Source: Botryllus schlosseri (Eukaryota). From it: DNA of 64,000 bases. Of the stretch, positions 61,901 to 64,000 are shown piece after piece. The number at the start of each line of letters is the position of its first letter. Position 1 is the stretch's first letter. A model generated the notes under the pieces. That model did no database searches, was not told the origin of the DNA, and was given only the letters and a program-made list of their open reading frames with translations. The translations under genes and the position numbers were made by a program. Location of the stretch: NCBI GenBank assembly GCA_051294905.1, contig CM119376.1:24118001-24182000 (forward strand), read 5' to 3'.

Positions 61901-63783
61901 AAATCGTTTGACGAAGCAGTACAAAAAGCTCAAATGGATATTGTAAATCTGAATAATAGCCTGGACTCACTCGAATTGTATAAGCAGAGTGAGTAGGATA
62001 AATACAAATCCCTCGATCGCCATGGCAATAATATTCCAACCGGCCACTTCCAAGCTCAACGGATCCTGAAAGCTGTCGATACCTGGAGAATAACACTCGG
62101 TAAAACATGTGACAGAACATCTCTCGCGCTTATAAACCCACCGAATCTAGAGTAAGCGTCCGCTTGCGCCTGGTTGACGGCCATATCGATCAAGCCCCGT
62201 CCAAGGCAGAAATGCGGGAAGATCAGAAAGATATTCTGCAGCAGGTTGCTGACGTCTTGCAGGTGCGGGTCGTTCAGAAGCTGTCGAAAGCGCCACGAAT
62301 AAAGCGGGGTCAAAGTTTGAAACGAAAACAAGTTACAAAACTCACGTCCAGCACCAGAGTCGCGATGGTGGTGTTGATGCCGATGAAGAGGTTGACACAA
62401 GTCAGCACGACGTACGCTGTGCTAGATACCTGTGCCGACAGAAATTGATTTGATAAATTTGATAAAACCGTTCGGGTCTAATCAAGCCATGAGGGGTACA
62501 GAGCCTCTAAATTACAAAAAATAAAAAGTTGTATTCATAATTTCCTCATTAAAAGCATATCGACTCACTGCCATCAATAGCTAACGTCAGTAATACAGTG
62601 AATCAAATTTGAAATTAAAGAAATAATCTTTTACTTTGTGACATCTAGCAGACAGTGTGGTACTATGGTAACTGGATATATTTCAAATTTTATCCACCGT
62701 ATTACTGATGAGAGTCAGTTGAACAGTATTTAGTGAATAAATTATAAAGAGAATCTTGGATGTTCAGATATTCAGTAAACAATTGAATAATATTGTCATG
62801 TTGTAATAAACCCAAATATTTTCCGCTGACACTCGTCAGGGATAACGATCAGCAACTGGAAACATTGGAAAGAACATTGTATAGATTTATGGTATATATA
62901 TATATATTGTCTTATGCAAAAAAAGCGAAAGCATACCTCGAAAACAAAGCTAAATGGATACATCATTGGTGTGATCGCCCAGCCGTAAAACACCAGCAGC
63001 AATATCAAACACGGCAGATTATCAGTCGACACATACGCATCGGTTTGAAAACAAAGAAAAATGATGATTACAATCGCCGTCGGCACCAGGTAGTTCATCT
63101 GAAACGGAGGAGACATCGTTCAATACTGCATGATTGCAAACCAAACGTGCTCAGTAATAAAGCACTACTTTTTCAAAGCACTCAAGTAGATTTTGGACTA
63201 CTCCCACTTATACTTTACAGTTTTCGGTATTGTAGGCAAAACTAGGGCCTGAATATTTGCTTTCTTACTTACTAGTGAACCCTCACTTTATAACCAAAAG
63301 AAAACAACCCTAACCCAAAAATGAACACTTACCGTAACCCTTAAATATAACCCTAACTTCAGCCTACGTGCTATAGTGTTGTATGCTGCCGTGTTACATG
63401 ATCAGGTGTCCATAAAATAATGACTTTGTTCATTCAGATTATTTGTCAGTTCAAAACACCACAATATTGCGATAGAATGAGTTGATAGGAAGGTGTCGAA
63501 ACAACTTGGATTAGTCTGTCAAGTCAGGCGTAGCAGCGAAACGTTCAGAATTACCAGTGTCGAAAAACGAGGCGTTCAAAATTAGTGTTTCTACTACAGA
63601 CTCACCATATCCCAAACGTAACTTGCGATCCAATAAATGACCTGTCCGACGCCACTGATGAACTGCAAGTGCTTGGCCTTGGTGACGCGTTCGTCGATGA
63701 GAAACACGACAAAGCTGGCGGGCACGAAAGACATTGCGAACACGACCACGATCGCAATCGAAGTGTCGAGAGCAGTCTGGGCC
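55921..63783 (-). CDS. ABCA1: ABC transporter subfamily A (ABCA1/4/7-like), second TMD and NBD2; 5' part beyond the window
   Basis: Exons 63783-63606, 63098-62937, 62429-62346, 62280-62142, 62082-61971, 61673-61473, 60900-60686, 59890-59694, 58598-58378, 58319-58190, 57651-57538, 56097-55921 are in phase (~643 codons). Walker [11 protein letters not shown], signature [52 protein letters not shown]. The exact paralog assignment is uncertain. Confidence 0.92.
56677..57217. mobile_element. hAT MITE, GACTCGAGTC family, in the last ABCA intron
   Basis: CAGGGTTGTAATGACTCGAGTC...GTTACAACCCTG; perfect TSD CCCTAACC. Confidence 0.9.
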
Positions 63784-64000
63784 CTGGAAAAGTATGTGAT
63801 GCAAAAAATCGCGTCAATCAAAGGGGCACCTAATACTTGGTATGTATGCATTTAATTTGGCATAGAAAAAAAGTAGAACATAGGTGAGTAACGTACCAGA
63901 TGTCTGTTTACCGCGTCAAAATCGATCTACAGTTTAGTAGCCAAGCATCGTTGATCTTAAAGTCAACACTGCACAATTACGTGAGTGTCGTAGATCACAA

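Overview
Eukaryotic (metazoan) AT-rich genomic DNA with many short GT-AG introns (about 57-160 nt); a compact invertebrate genome such as a tunicate is my inference only. I could rebuild five intron-containing genes with frame-consistent exon chains: PXYLP1/ACPL2-like histidine phosphatase (+, 7002-11035), RNF220 (+, secure 21203-28861, 5' exons tentative), a complete 9-exon SLC5A7/CHT1-like transporter (-, 47880-34660), QNG1/C9orf64 queuosine-nucleotide hydrolase (+, 52741-54435) and the 3' part of an ABCA1/4/7-like transporter (-, 63783-55921, continuing beyond the window). The first two exons of a second SLC5A7-like paralog lie at 2353-1964 (-). Introns and intergenic DNA are packed with non-autonomous DNA transposons (mostly hAT-type with 8-bp TSDs, often nested), three unrelated ~610-bp foldback palindromes and a tRNA-derived SINE. 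I found no transposase, rRNA, true tRNA or CRISPR array. The main leads are: (i) the complete SLC5A7-like protein has lost three of the four tryptophans of the CHT1 choline cage while keeping the Na+/ion-coupling residues, suggesting a re-purposed transporter family; (ii) a P/Galileo-like foldback with a 7-bp TSD and two other foldbacks; (iii) a possible unrecognised minus-strand gene between PXYLP1 and RNF220. All protein comparisons are by eye against remembered human sequences and need real alignments.
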